Assembly (NCBI GenBank): GCA_964355075.1
Contig: CAYHCF010000003.1
Span: forward strand, 1,861-65,860
Direction of reading: 5' to 3'
Source of the DNA: an uncultured Chitinophaga sp.
GTDB taxonomy: Bacteria > Bacteroidota > Bacteroidia > UKL13-3
Length of the DNA stretch: 64,000 nucleotides
The notes below the pieces were generated by a model. It did not search any database. It saw only the letters and a list, made by a program, of their open reading frames with translations, and was not told the DNA's origin. The translations under genes were made by a program, and so were the position numbers. This document shows, piece after piece, positions 36,201 to 46,400 of this stretch. The stretch's first letter is position 1. Each line of letters starts with the position of its first letter.

Positions 36201-37388
36201 CCGGGTTATGTTGCCAAAGACAATCAGGGCAATAATATCAGCAGTCAGGTAGTTGTAAGCAGTAATCTGGATACTTCAAAACTGGGTTCATATAGTATCG
36301 GTTATGTGATAACAGATGCGTTTGGATTCTTCAAATCTGCCAGCAGGGCAATTATTGTTGGAGACACCACCAGACCTGTTATTGTTCCACCGCTAAATAA
36401 CATCTACATTCAGCAGGTGGGTTCGGCCATTGACCTGGCCACTATAGTTGGAAAAACCGATAATTACTGGTCACCAAATACCCTGATATTTGCCTGGCTG
36501 GGTTCGGTAGATGTAAACAAAGTAGGCAGCTATGTGATCTTATATAATTTAAGAGATGGAAGCGGAAATATTGGCTATGAGGTAGCAGTGGAAGTGCGGG
36601 TAAGGGACACAAAATCGCCCAATATTTACCTGAACGGAAGCACTCCGATGACCGCAGAGGTATTCAGTGGATTTGCAGATCCGTGGGTAACGGTATCCGA
36701 TAATTACTGGCCTTCCAATACAATCGTGGTAACTAAAAAAGGCGCAGTAAACATGAATGTTCTGGGCAGTTACACCATCTGGTATATTGCCACCGATCCA
36801 TCCGGAAATCAGGATTCGGTGAGCAGAGAGATAAGAGTAGTGGATACCACAAAACCCATTGTAAACCTATTGAACATTAACGAGGTAAATGTTCCACAGT
36901 GGACGGAATATGTGGATGCTCCGGTGCAGTTAACAGATAATTACAATACCGATGCACAGATGCGGGCAAATTTGGTGGCAATAAATAGTTTGCCATTGCA
37001 AAATGGAAAACCCTTTGCACATGATATTGGCTTGTACAGTGTTCGCTATAAAGTTAAAGATTTGTCGGGCAATGAATCTGTGGAGGCAGTTCGTACCTTG
37101 AATGTTGGAGCGAGTGGTTTAACCGACATCATGAACATTGACAAATTGATGAGCGTATATCCGAACCCGAGCAATGGCTTGATTCACGTTCGATTGGCGG
37201 ATGTTCAGAAGGAAGATGTTCAGGTATTTATTTTGGATATGTTGGGTAAAGAAATGACGCATAAAACGATCAGTAAAAATAATTTACAAACAGAAGAAAT
37301 CGATCTTCAAACTTCACCAAAAGGATTCTACCTGTTAAAGGTTCAAACCGGCGATGCCATTTATATGAAGAAATTGCAGGTGAATTAA
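33291..37388 (+). CDS. T9SS cargo protein, paralog E (1365 aa from MKKQIQ. An in-frame upstream ATG at 33234 would give 1384 aa). A second GEVED-type N-terminal head on the shared body, with a T9SS C-terminal domain.
   Basis: Signal peptide MKKQIQTGLLLLLLIFSLSSGKLYAQ. The head has IWIDFNRNFTFD, SRMRLV and WGETEDYAVNLV (GEVED) motifs but is only distantly related to paralog A's head. The body and C-terminal domain match the family. Confidence 0.85.
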   Translation: MKKQIQTGLLLLLLIFSLSSGKLYAQYCLTTGATSYFDDEIARVYIIGAFGTSINNPTTCYTTVPQYVDFTSTLAPLSLVPGQTYSMTIDLTQCSGFFYSNSCNIWIDFNRNFTFDATELIQNVVANSTFPSTHTFTFTVPTTATLGASRMRLVDVEGGTSASITPCVTYTWGETEDYAVNLVNSSGGAILPPIANFFPSQATTSSIPTDTVWINSPFDLVSTSTSSSRSYWDLPGETTLNPGYARTNVAFTSQQYIDTAKYSSRFRYTFGRRGFWPVRLLSINDFKRDSLRDSIVKYIWVDTPSRAPVPNFFSARTKIGIADYASLVDISSYGPNQWYWTINPDVTNVPNPYFANFFSNPLGQNPLLFGGFPGKYAICLQVWNARGWDTICKQNYIEVINSVNMCSGSGSTSSSWDQGFVFGPSGPAFSYTRSQVSGCPGFLLNPCADSIFLFVDRIKMLPTDTLVIHNGTSQSAPIIGKLGAASVGVLPQAIINNGIRGGNRLFLRFMTGNGTIPNPYDSAGFSIRWAIKGASYGIPQSHIVVPDTIYHNQPVQYSNTSTGTLMQYSWDTDGLNGYDSTGPTATRTFVVSSPVYRKICLVTYNCLGADTSCKNVLFLPTNQKPLVRFTVDKVQGFNTDTFRFTDQSLFGPSVWNWIITGGNYQAIMGTVKVGNVVTSRNPIIRFTQRTKYTVKLVATNQFGTDSLIKVDYINIGAYDQPQCLTDIGLADGSIGISRVQLQSGLDTAVNSFTPCYQMVLGNQAANMYRGMKHVLKIARPGITSPMDRKAWLDRNMDGLFTNDELVMNDMASNILQKTDTISISGTQQLGGTRLRVGVSYAGTQLNPSVLFLGVFRDYIVNFPMDTVKPSISLNGSSSFTTEIHKAFVDPGVISMDNIEGDISSKYITIGTVDTSKVGPNYLRYIVKDLYGNVSDTLNRTVYVILNQTGPSIALSGSASMYVEVYKKYTEPGYVAKDNQGNNISSQVVVSSNLDTSKLGSYSIGYVITDAFGFFKSASRAIIVGDTTRPVIVPPLNNIYIQQVGSAIDLATIVGKTDNYWSPNTLIFAWLGSVDVNKVGSYVILYNLRDGSGNIGYEVAVEVRVRDTKSPNIYLNGSTPMTAEVFSGFADPWVTVSDNYWPSNTIVVTKKGAVNMNVLGSYTIWYIATDPSGNQDSVSREIRVVDTTKPIVNLLNINEVNVPQWTEYVDAPVQLTDNYNTDAQMRANLVAINSLPLQNGKPFAHDIGLYSVRYKVKDLSGNESVEAVRTLNVGASGLTDIMNIDKLMSVYPNPSNGLIHVRLADVQKEDVQVFILDMLGKEMTHKTISKNNLQTEEIDLQTSPKGFYLLKVQTGDAIYMKKLQVN

Positions 37389-37440
37389 ATAAATAGGAGA
37401 GCCTGGGCCTCTCCACTAATCATTAACCCAAAATAAAAAA

Positions 37441-37470
37441 GGCAGACAAACCAATCGGGTTAGTCTGCCT
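37441..37470. terminator. Bidirectional terminator shared by paralog E and tilS. It overlaps the last tilS codons.
   Basis: Hairpin ggcagac-(15 nt loop)-gtctgcc followed by ttttttattt. An A-run lies on the other side. Confidence 0.6.
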
Positions 37471-38809
37471 TTTTTATTTGAATCAGAAGTACTGACTGAT
37501 TATCCGGAGTAACTTTAAAAACTTCAGATATTTGAAAAGGGATTACAGCGCAAATCTCCTTTTCATTTTGAGTCAAAACCAGCGTTTTCTCTTTTTTGAA
37601 TCTATCCACTTTTTTATCTATTAAATAATCGGAAATTTTTTTACTGTTTTTCATTCCAAGAGGTTGAAAACGATCGCCGTGAATTATTTGCCGTAATTGA
37701 AGTGGAAACTGAATTTTATCTGCATTTAAATATAAACAGTCCTCGTTAAAAATTTGATCTTTAACCATATCAATGATCGAAAATTCTAATTCAAAATCTG
37801 GCAGGATAACATTGAATGGAAAAGCAGAAATTTCAATATGGATACTTTGATTGTTGAGATGCTCAATTAACAGTTCTTTCCGGTTTAAATTTGCCTGAAA
37901 ATGATCACTGAAAAAGAGTCCTCCTGTTTTATTGTTTTTATATCCTTTTATAATCTGCGAACACTGCAAAAAATTGAAGCCATATTTGTGAATAATTTCA
38001 AACAATAATTGAGTAGGGTAGGGCTCATCTAATAATTTTTCTAAATTTATGGTAGCATTTCCATCACGGGATTTTATGATATTCCGGATAACCGTATCAA
38101 TGCCTTTTTGGTAATAATGTGAACCTGCCAGCATAAGCTCACTAAAATGCAGACTATGCTCCACAAACGATGGATTAATTTTTACCAGGTGTGGTAATAT
38201 ATGGTGACGGATATAGTTTCTGGTATATAGGTCTTTTTCATTGGATGAGTCAATTCTAAATTCAATTTGATGCTTCGTTGCATACTGTAATAAATTATTT
38301 TTTGTTGCAAATAATAAGGGTCTCCTTTTATCGTCGTTCTTGCATTTTATGCCTGATAGGCCATTAATTCCGGTTCCTCTTACCAGATTAAATAAAATTG
38401 TTTCTGCCATATCATTTGCATGATGGGCGGTAAGTATAAAATCCAGCTTATTTAATGCAATTATTTCTATGAACCATTGATACCTTAATATACGTGCTGC
38501 TTCCTGTAATCCTAAGCCGCTGCTTTCAATAAAATTTCTGGTTTCAAATTCTTTTGAATGAAATGGAATATGATACTTGTGGCAAATCGTTTTTACCAGG
38601 GTTTCATCCTGATCACTTTCTGATTCTCTTAATTTGAAATTGGCATGAGCAACCTCAATTTTATAGCCTGTTTGAACCAATAAGTCAAGTAAAACCATCG
38701 AATCCAAACCTCCGCTTACAGCCACCAACAGCTTATCAGTGGGTCCAAAAAGCTGTTTATCTTCAATATATTGTTTAAATTCTTTTAAAAGATTCATTTT
38801 AGCAAACAA
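37460..38809 (-). CDS. tilS: tRNA(Ile)-lysidine synthetase.
   Basis: PP-loop motif VAVSGGLDSMVLL and the TilS domain architecture. Confidence 0.9.
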   Translation of the reverse strand: MFAKMNLLKEFKQYIEDKQLFGPTDKLLVAVSGGLDSMVLLDLLVQTGYKIEVAHANFKLRESESDQDETLVKTICHKYHIPFHSKEFETRNFIESSGLGLQEAARILRYQWFIEIIALNKLDFILTAHHANDMAETILFNLVRGTGINGLSGIKCKNDDKRRPLLFATKNNLLQYATKHQIEFRIDSSNEKDLYTRNYIRHHILPHLVKINPSFVEHSLHFSELMLAGSHYYQKGIDTVIRNIIKSRDGNATINLEKLLDEPYPTQLLFEIIHKYGFNFLQCSQIIKGYKNNKTGGLFFSDHFQANLNRKELLIEHLNNQSIHIEISAFPFNVILPDFELEFSIIDMVKDQIFNEDCLYLNADKIQFPLQLRQIIHGDRFQPLGMKNSKKISDYLIDKKVDRFKKEKTLVLTQNEKEICAVIPFQISEVFKVTPDNQSVLLIQIKKAD

Positions 38810-38834
38810 AAATATTTAGTTTTGGCATCAAAAC

Positions 38835-40349
38835 ATGGTAAAGTTATTCAAAAGTAGTTTTTTAGTTTGTTTCTTCGGGTTTTTATCGGCAACATCTTTG
38901 GCGCAATCAAAGAGTAAGGTAGAAATATTGAATGCGGGAAACTTCGAATACATTAAAGCTGACATTGGCCCCATTATTAAATTAATAGGAAATGTAAAAC
39001 TTAAACAGGTGAGTACTTTTATGGATTGTGACAGCGCATTGATTTATGAAAATGAGAATAAAGTGGAGGCTTATTCGAATGTTAAAATTAATCATAAGGA
39101 CAGCGTAACCATTTTTGGGAATTACTTATTGTATGATGGATTATCGAAAAAGGGCTATATCACAAAGGATGTTAAAATGATTGATAAAAACATGACCCTG
39201 ACTACAGACCAGCTGGATTATGATTTTACAAACCAGTTCGGGTATTACGGTAATGGTGGAACCATCATAAGTAAAAACAATAAACTTACCAGTGATGTGG
39301 GTTATTATTATGCGCGTCAAAAAGAGTTTTTTTTCAAAAAGAACGTGGTGTTAACCAATCCGGAGTATGTTATGACGAGCGATACTTTAATGTATAACAC
39401 TTTTTCAAAAATTGCCTATTTCTTTGGTCCAACAAAAATTATCGCAAAAGCAGATCAGATCTATTGCGAAAATGGCTGGTATGATACAGAAAATGATATT
39501 TCTCAATTCAGTAAAAATGCTGTTTTGTTCTCTGATCGCAAAATGCTTAAGGCAGATAGCCTTTACTATGACCGAAAAATTCAGTTGGGCAAGGCATTCC
39601 GTAATATCCATGTGTATGATTCTGCCCAAAAAATTCATTTGTTTGGCTATTATGGTCGATCCAACGGCTTAACAAAAATTACATTTGTAAATAAAGAGAG
39701 CTATGCCATTAAAATAATGGATCAGGGTGATAGTTTGTTTTTATTTTCCGATACCTTAATGATTTTGCAAAGAAACAAGAAACAAAAACAAATGTTGATC
39801 GCATACAATCAGGTGAAAATTTTCAAAAGTGACCTCCAGGCGGTGTGCGATAGCCTCGTTTATAACAACGATGATTCGTCCATGTTCATGTATCAGGCAC
39901 CGGTTATGTGGAGCGGGCATAATCAAATCACCTCAGATACCATTGTGTTTTTTATTAATAATGACAAATTGGATTCATTTAACCTGTTAAGCAACGCCTT
40001 GGTTATCAGCAAAGAAAAGGGAGCTCATTATAATCAAATAAAGGGAAAGGAAATGACGGGTATTCTGGATAGCAGTGCAATTAAGGTAATTAAGGTATTT
40101 GGTAATGGGCAAAGCATATATTATTCTAAAGAAGATAGTATCAGGTATATTGGTGTCAATAAAATTGATTGCAGCGAAATGATTTTTTATTTTAAGAAAG
40201 GAGAGCTCGAAAAAGCGGTATTTATTACTGACGCTGATGCAACTTTATATCCTTTAGATGAATTAAAACCGGAAGAATTGCGATTGAAAGGCTTCAAATG
40301 GCTTGAGAAAAGACGACCGCAAAAGCTTTATTATCAAAAGAAATATTAA
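38835..40349 (+). CDS. OstA-like (LptD N-terminal-like) periplasmic protein.
   Basis: Signal peptide followed by repeated beta-jellyroll segments of the type seen in Bacteroidota 'OstA-like' proteins. Assignment is by overall resemblance only. Confidence 0.5.
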   Translation: MVKLFKSSFLVCFFGFLSATSLAQSKSKVEILNAGNFEYIKADIGPIIKLIGNVKLKQVSTFMDCDSALIYENENKVEAYSNVKINHKDSVTIFGNYLLYDGLSKKGYITKDVKMIDKNMTLTTDQLDYDFTNQFGYYGNGGTIISKNNKLTSDVGYYYARQKEFFFKKNVVLTNPEYVMTSDTLMYNTFSKIAYFFGPTKIIAKADQIYCENGWYDTENDISQFSKNAVLFSDRKMLKADSLYYDRKIQLGKAFRNIHVYDSAQKIHLFGYYGRSNGLTKITFVNKESYAIKIMDQGDSLFLFSDTLMILQRNKKQKQMLIAYNQVKIFKSDLQAVCDSLVYNNDDSSMFMYQAPVMWSGHNQITSDTIVFFINNDKLDSFNLLSNALVISKEKGAHYNQIKGKEMTGILDSSAIKVIKVFGNGQSIYYSKEDSIRYIGVNKIDCSEMIFYFKKGELEKAVFITDADATLYPLDELKPEELRLKGFKWLEKRRPQKLYYQKKY

Positions 40350-40450
40350 TATTTTCTCAAAATTTTTAATTAATTGAATAAAAAACTTGTAAATAGTTCT
40401 GTTTTTATTAACTTTGGTTTTCGAGAGAAACAATTTTTTATCTATAACAT

Positions 40451-43400
40451 ATGAAATACAATTACAAACTACAGGTTGTTCGTTTCGTTTTTTTGCTGAG
40501 CCTGATTGGCTTGCTAACTATTGAAAACGCTAGATCACAAGGGCTATTAACAAACACTACTTACATTGTAAATGGTGCTAACGATTATGCGGCTCCTGTT
40601 GACACTTTTGCCAATTTAACCGGTTCTGCTACAGGTCCGGCTTATGGCGCAATTTCTTATCTGAATCTTAATGGAATGGCTGCCAGCCAAACTACTGTTG
40701 GGCCGGTTACTATTTTGTTGAGTGCGGGTTATAATTCGGTTGAACCCAGTACGATTAATATTGGAAACAGTACCGGAAATGGCGGTTGGCCAAATATGTA
40801 CTGGAATGCAAATAGCCCAATTGTATTGAAACCTGCCCCCGGACAGAATTTTACCATTTCCAGCTCAACAGTTGTTGGAGCCAATTTAGCATTGGTTAGA
40901 TTTAATGCTGCATGGTATTTTACCATTGATGGCTCAAATGACGGAACTCCCGGTCAAAGAAATTTGACTTTTAATATCGGTGCCAGTTCCAATCAGGGTT
41001 CTTCAAGGGTAATTGATATTATTCCAACAAGCGGACAAAGAATTCAGTCGGTTGGGGTGAAAAATTGTGTTCTGGTTGGTAACTCAACCGCAACAACTGC
41101 AAATACCTATGCCGGTGTGTATTTTGGAGGAATTGGCGCGGGTTCGTCGGTTGCATTGGCAAAAAATATTAACATTACAGTAACAGGTAATTTAATTATG
41201 GCCGTTCAATATGGTATTTACTTCCGCGGTTTAGCAAACGCCATAAATAATCAGGATAAAAACATTACCATCAGCGATAATATTATTGGTGATTATGTGA
41301 ATCCAATTAACCCGGCAAACACAGCCTTTATTGGGGGTGCGAATGCTGCAGGTATCTATGTGAACACAGTTGCAAATGCTGTAATTGATAATAATATAAT
41401 CAGAAATACAGTGGGTACTTGTCCTACTTTTATTGGAATATTTTTGAATAATCAGGGTGGCACTCCGGGCCTTGCATTAGACTCTAATATTCAGGTTACC
41501 CGCAACCGTATCTACAACTTAAATAATACCTCATCGGGTGGTATAACCGGTATTCGAATTAATTTGGGTTCTCACACCAACCATTTACGTTTATTGCTTG
41601 CCAATAATTCCATATCAAAATTATCTGCTATTAATGCTCAAAATGTATTGGCAGGATTTGCGTATCCAATTGGAATATTGGTTGAAGATGCTTCCACATT
41701 AGTAGGCTTAGAGGTGTTTTACAATTCTATTAATTTAACCGGAGCAACTTTGCCGGCCAATGCATTCTCTGCCTGTTTTGCAACTTCTGCCAGCACATTG
41801 GGCGGTATTATTATGATGAATAACTCCTTTGCGAATAGTATGAGCAGACTACCTAACAACACAATTGCCTATACCAATTATAATGTTCTGATTACAGGAA
41901 CCGTTAATCCTTTCAGATACACAGGTTTTAATAATTATTATACAACTACTTTTGGAGGTGGAAATGCGTATGTAGGTCGTGCTAAAAATTTAGATTATAC
42001 CTCTCTGAAAGGTTTAAATTTATTTACCAGTTCTGATACCGCTTCTTTAACCAATCTTCCTCCGTTCAAAAATGATTCAGATTTAACGGTTAATACAGGT
42101 TACAGTCATGCAACCTGGAACCGGGCAGCTAATCTGGAGCAGTTTTATATGTTCTATCCAAGTGTTTTTGACAGCATCCGTTTTAAAGTAAATTATGATA
42201 TTAACGGTACGATCAGAAATAATATGGGAAGATTTAGTGCTATGGGTTGTCATTTATGGGCAGGCGATTCTACCAATAATAATGTTGCATTAATTGCTCC
42301 AAGAACTTTTGCAATTAATGGTTATACCAGCAGGCCAACCGCATTAAACTTAAATGGTAGTTTTGCTACTTTAGCGGAAGCTATTGATTATGTGAATCAT
42401 TATGGAGTAGGTGGTTCCGGATTAGTAAACTTAGAATTACAGCCCGGCTATAATGGTGAAACTGCTTTCATGCCTGGATTTATTGATTATCCGGGAACAA
42501 ACATCGGACGACCGGTAAATATTACCGCACAAATCGGTTTTACCACAACCATATCAACGCCTAATGTTCCAGCTGTAAACAATAATTCAGTTATTCGGTT
42601 CATGGGTGCAAGTAATGTAATCATAGATGGAGGTTCTAACAACCGACTTACCATCGCAATGCCAGATACCAATACAAACAACATTTCACGAGTAATTGGT
42701 ATCACGCCGGTTGACACTTTTAGTTCAAATATTACAATCAAAAATTGTAATATTATTGGAAACTCAAAACCTATTGGAGCCAGTGTTACAAATCCGAATA
42801 CGGCCATGGGTATTTATGTTGGAAACCCAACAACTGCGGGTACTCCTTTGGTTGCTTTGAAAACTTTTATGAATAACCTTAGCTTTATAGGTAATAATAT
42901 TTTTGCAGTAAGAAGTGGTATCGTTATTATGGTTCCGGGCGCTTCTACAGCTACCGTGATAAAAAGTAATATCATTGGGGGGTCTATTCCTCCGGGAACA
43001 GCCCAGAGAACTACTTATATCGGAGGTGCCGCAAATCAAACCGGTATTCTTGTTAGGGGATTAAATAATTGTAATATTGACAGTAATGTAATCAGAAATT
43101 GTATCTCAACCACTGCCTTATCAAATGGCTTTGTTGGAATACAGATTGACGAAACCGGTCAACCTATCACAGGGATATTTGCGAGTGTTACCGCTTCGAG
43201 AAACTTTATTTATAATTTAGCAACCGATAATGGTACATTTTGTGCCGGTATTCGTGTTTACCTGACTGCCGCCGCTACTCCCCGGGATATTAATCTGATC
43301 AATAATTTTATCGGTAAAATAGTGGGTCAGGGTTCCGGATTAAACTTCAGCAATCAAAACCCCGTAGGAATACTATTAGATGCTGCCGGATTATTAACCA

Positions 43401-46400
43401 CTCCTGGAATATCCCTTGCACACAATACGATTAATTTAACCGGTTCCGGATTGTTGAATGGGGTAAGCTCTTCGGCTGCATTATTTGTAAATACAAATAT
43501 TCAGGGTGGTGTTGCCATTGATAATAATATTTTTGGTAATCGTTTGAGTCGCGCCAATGCCGCCGGAAACAGATACGCTGTACTGGTAGGCCACAACGCT
43601 TCTCCATTTACAGCCGCCAATAGTTTGCCTTTCGCAACCAATAACAATAATTATTTCTGCGAAGGTAATTTCTCAAATTTCGTTGGCGCTAATACTAACG
43701 GTACGGTAAACAGGGCAAATATCAATGACTGGAGATTATTTACCACAACCGCTCCGGGGCCTGCCGGCTCAGATGGAAACTCATTTAATTGGGTGAATAC
43801 TTTTAAAACAGATACAACGCCTGATGTCGATTTATTGTATGCAGGCCTGGTACCGGGTGGTGCTTCCATTGTAACCGGTATTTGTTTTGATATTTATGGG
43901 AATGCCCGTTTCTATTGCCCAGGAGGTTCAACAAGCGTTACCCGTTGGGTGGGTGCTGCCGAAGTAGGTTTCCCTTATCCTTCTTTACAGGGTAATGTAA
44001 CTTATGGGATTAATGGCATCAATAATCCTCCATCTCCTACTAATCCGGGATCGGGAACCTTTAAAACCGTTCGAAGTGCTGTAAAATATTTAAACTCACA
44101 AGGAGTAGATGATCCTTTCTTTGGTGGTTTAAGACCGATTCGTCTTGAAATTCAAGCCGGTTATGTTGGTGAAACAGATACTTTTATCGAGCCAATTACT
44201 GTTTTGGATTATCCAAGGCAACATCAAAACCGCCCTGTTGTTTTAACGCTTGCTACCGGAAGAACAGATACCCTCCGTATCGTTTCCACTATTAATCCGG
44301 GTATTATTGCCAATCAGAGTGTTTTCCGTTTCAGTGGTTGTAAATATTTCACCATTGATGGTTCTAATGGTTCAGGAAACCGCGATTTAACCGTTATGAC
44401 ACCATCGGCTTTTACCGCGGGGACCAATAAGGTTATTGACATAATAAGCGGGGTAAATACAATTACTTCAACGGTTCCTTCCACTACAAATAATACGGTT
44501 AAAAATTGTAATATTATAGGTACCTCCACCATTTCAACTAATTTAAATTTTGCAGGTGTTTATATGGGAGGTGTTACAACTCCATCAAATTCTTTACTTG
44601 GATTTAACAATAACAATTCAATCCAAAACAACTTTATAGGTGCCGTTCAGTATGGTGTTTATTTGAGAGGTGCAACTGCCCGCGCGGATATGGATAATAG
44701 CAGCTTTGTTTCCGGAAATACAATCGGAGGAAATAATGCACCGAATGTTTCAGGCGTTACCAACTATTTTGGTGGAATAAATAATGCAGCCGGCGTATTT
44801 TTGATGGGTCAGTCAAATGCTACTGTTACAGGTAATACGATAAAAAATAATATCAATACTTACTTAGCACCAAGAGGAATTGAGTTAGCTACAATCGCCG
44901 GACAATATACCGGTTTAGATAGTGTTGTAAGAATCAGCTCGAACATCATTGATAATATACGCACAGTTTCAACCGGTGGTGCTTATGGAATTTATGTAAA
45001 CTTTGGTGGAGATATTTCAAATGTTAACCGAGGTATCATTATTTCCAATAATATGATTTCAGGAATCTCCTCTCAGGGTAATACATCAACCGGAACCACT
45101 TTTGGTGCCAATCCTTATGGAGTTTATCTGGATGCAACCGTAAATATGGGAACCATAACCAATCAAACGGTTGGGGTATCGCTATTATTTAACTCAATAA
45201 ATCTGGGAGTAGGAACGAACCTTGCGGTTGGTAATTCATTGAGTGCTTGTTTCGGAATGCCGACATTTATTCGCAGCGGTGTTGTTTCCTATAATAATAT
45301 ATTTCAAAATCGTTTAGGGGGTACTGCCACTTCCACCGCTTACGCTGTTGCTGTAGGAGGTGCGGGGAATCCATTCGTATTGAGTGATAATAATGACTAT
45401 TATACTGCAGCTTCGGCACCAACTGTGGCAGCAAATTTCGGATCTAATGTGAGTACTACACCGGTTCTCTACAACCAGTGGTACGAAATTCTTTCTTTCA
45501 CAAAGCAGGATACTTTATCCATTACTTCTCAGGCTCCGTTTACCAGTGATAATAATTTATTTATTCCTGCTTCCACCAGCTCTAACCTATATCAAAGTGG
45601 AAAACCTTTGGCTGGATATGGGGTTGATATTACCGGTGCCGGTAGAAATGTATTTCAACCTACCATTGGGGCGCATGAGTTTTCAGGTTCCTATAATGAT
45701 AATATCCCTCCAAGAATATTTAATGTATCCGATGTGACGGCTTGCACAGCAGGTCCTATTTATATTTACTTTAATATTTACGATAAACAATTAATCGGAG
45801 ATTCGCTCTATTACAGAATCAATAGCGGAGCGGTTCAAAATGTTCAGGCTTCTTTCTCTTCGGGTACTTTTAGAAGATATACAATCCCTGCTCAGGCAAG
45901 TGGAACCCTTATCGAGTACCGTGTTACTGCCTACGATTATCCTACTCCTCCAAATACGGGAGTCTATCCAACCGGAAAAGTTTGGGATACCTTAAGTACG
46001 GGTATTACGGTTTATCCTTATACCAATAGCTTTGAAGGGGTGAATAATCCTATATGGAATACGCTGCCTTTATCGGGTAATGCTTTGTGGGAAATTGGTG
46101 CGATGGGATCTATTTCCAGTCCTCCTTTAGGTGCAAGAACCGGAATAAGAAATTGTTTATTCCGTTCGTCTACTATGCCTGTAGGAGCCTCCGCGCGTTT
46201 AGTTTCTCCTTGTTTGGATTTAACAAATATGATCAGTCCGACATTGCGTTTCTGGATTTCACAAAACAGCGATTTGCCTGCCAAAAAGGATTCTATCGCT
46301 GTTACGATTTCAGCGGGTGGAAACTATTGGACAAATCCATTAAGAATTGTACAAAGGGTTAATGATAACTTTAGTTTACCGGGTTGGGCAATGGTTGAAG

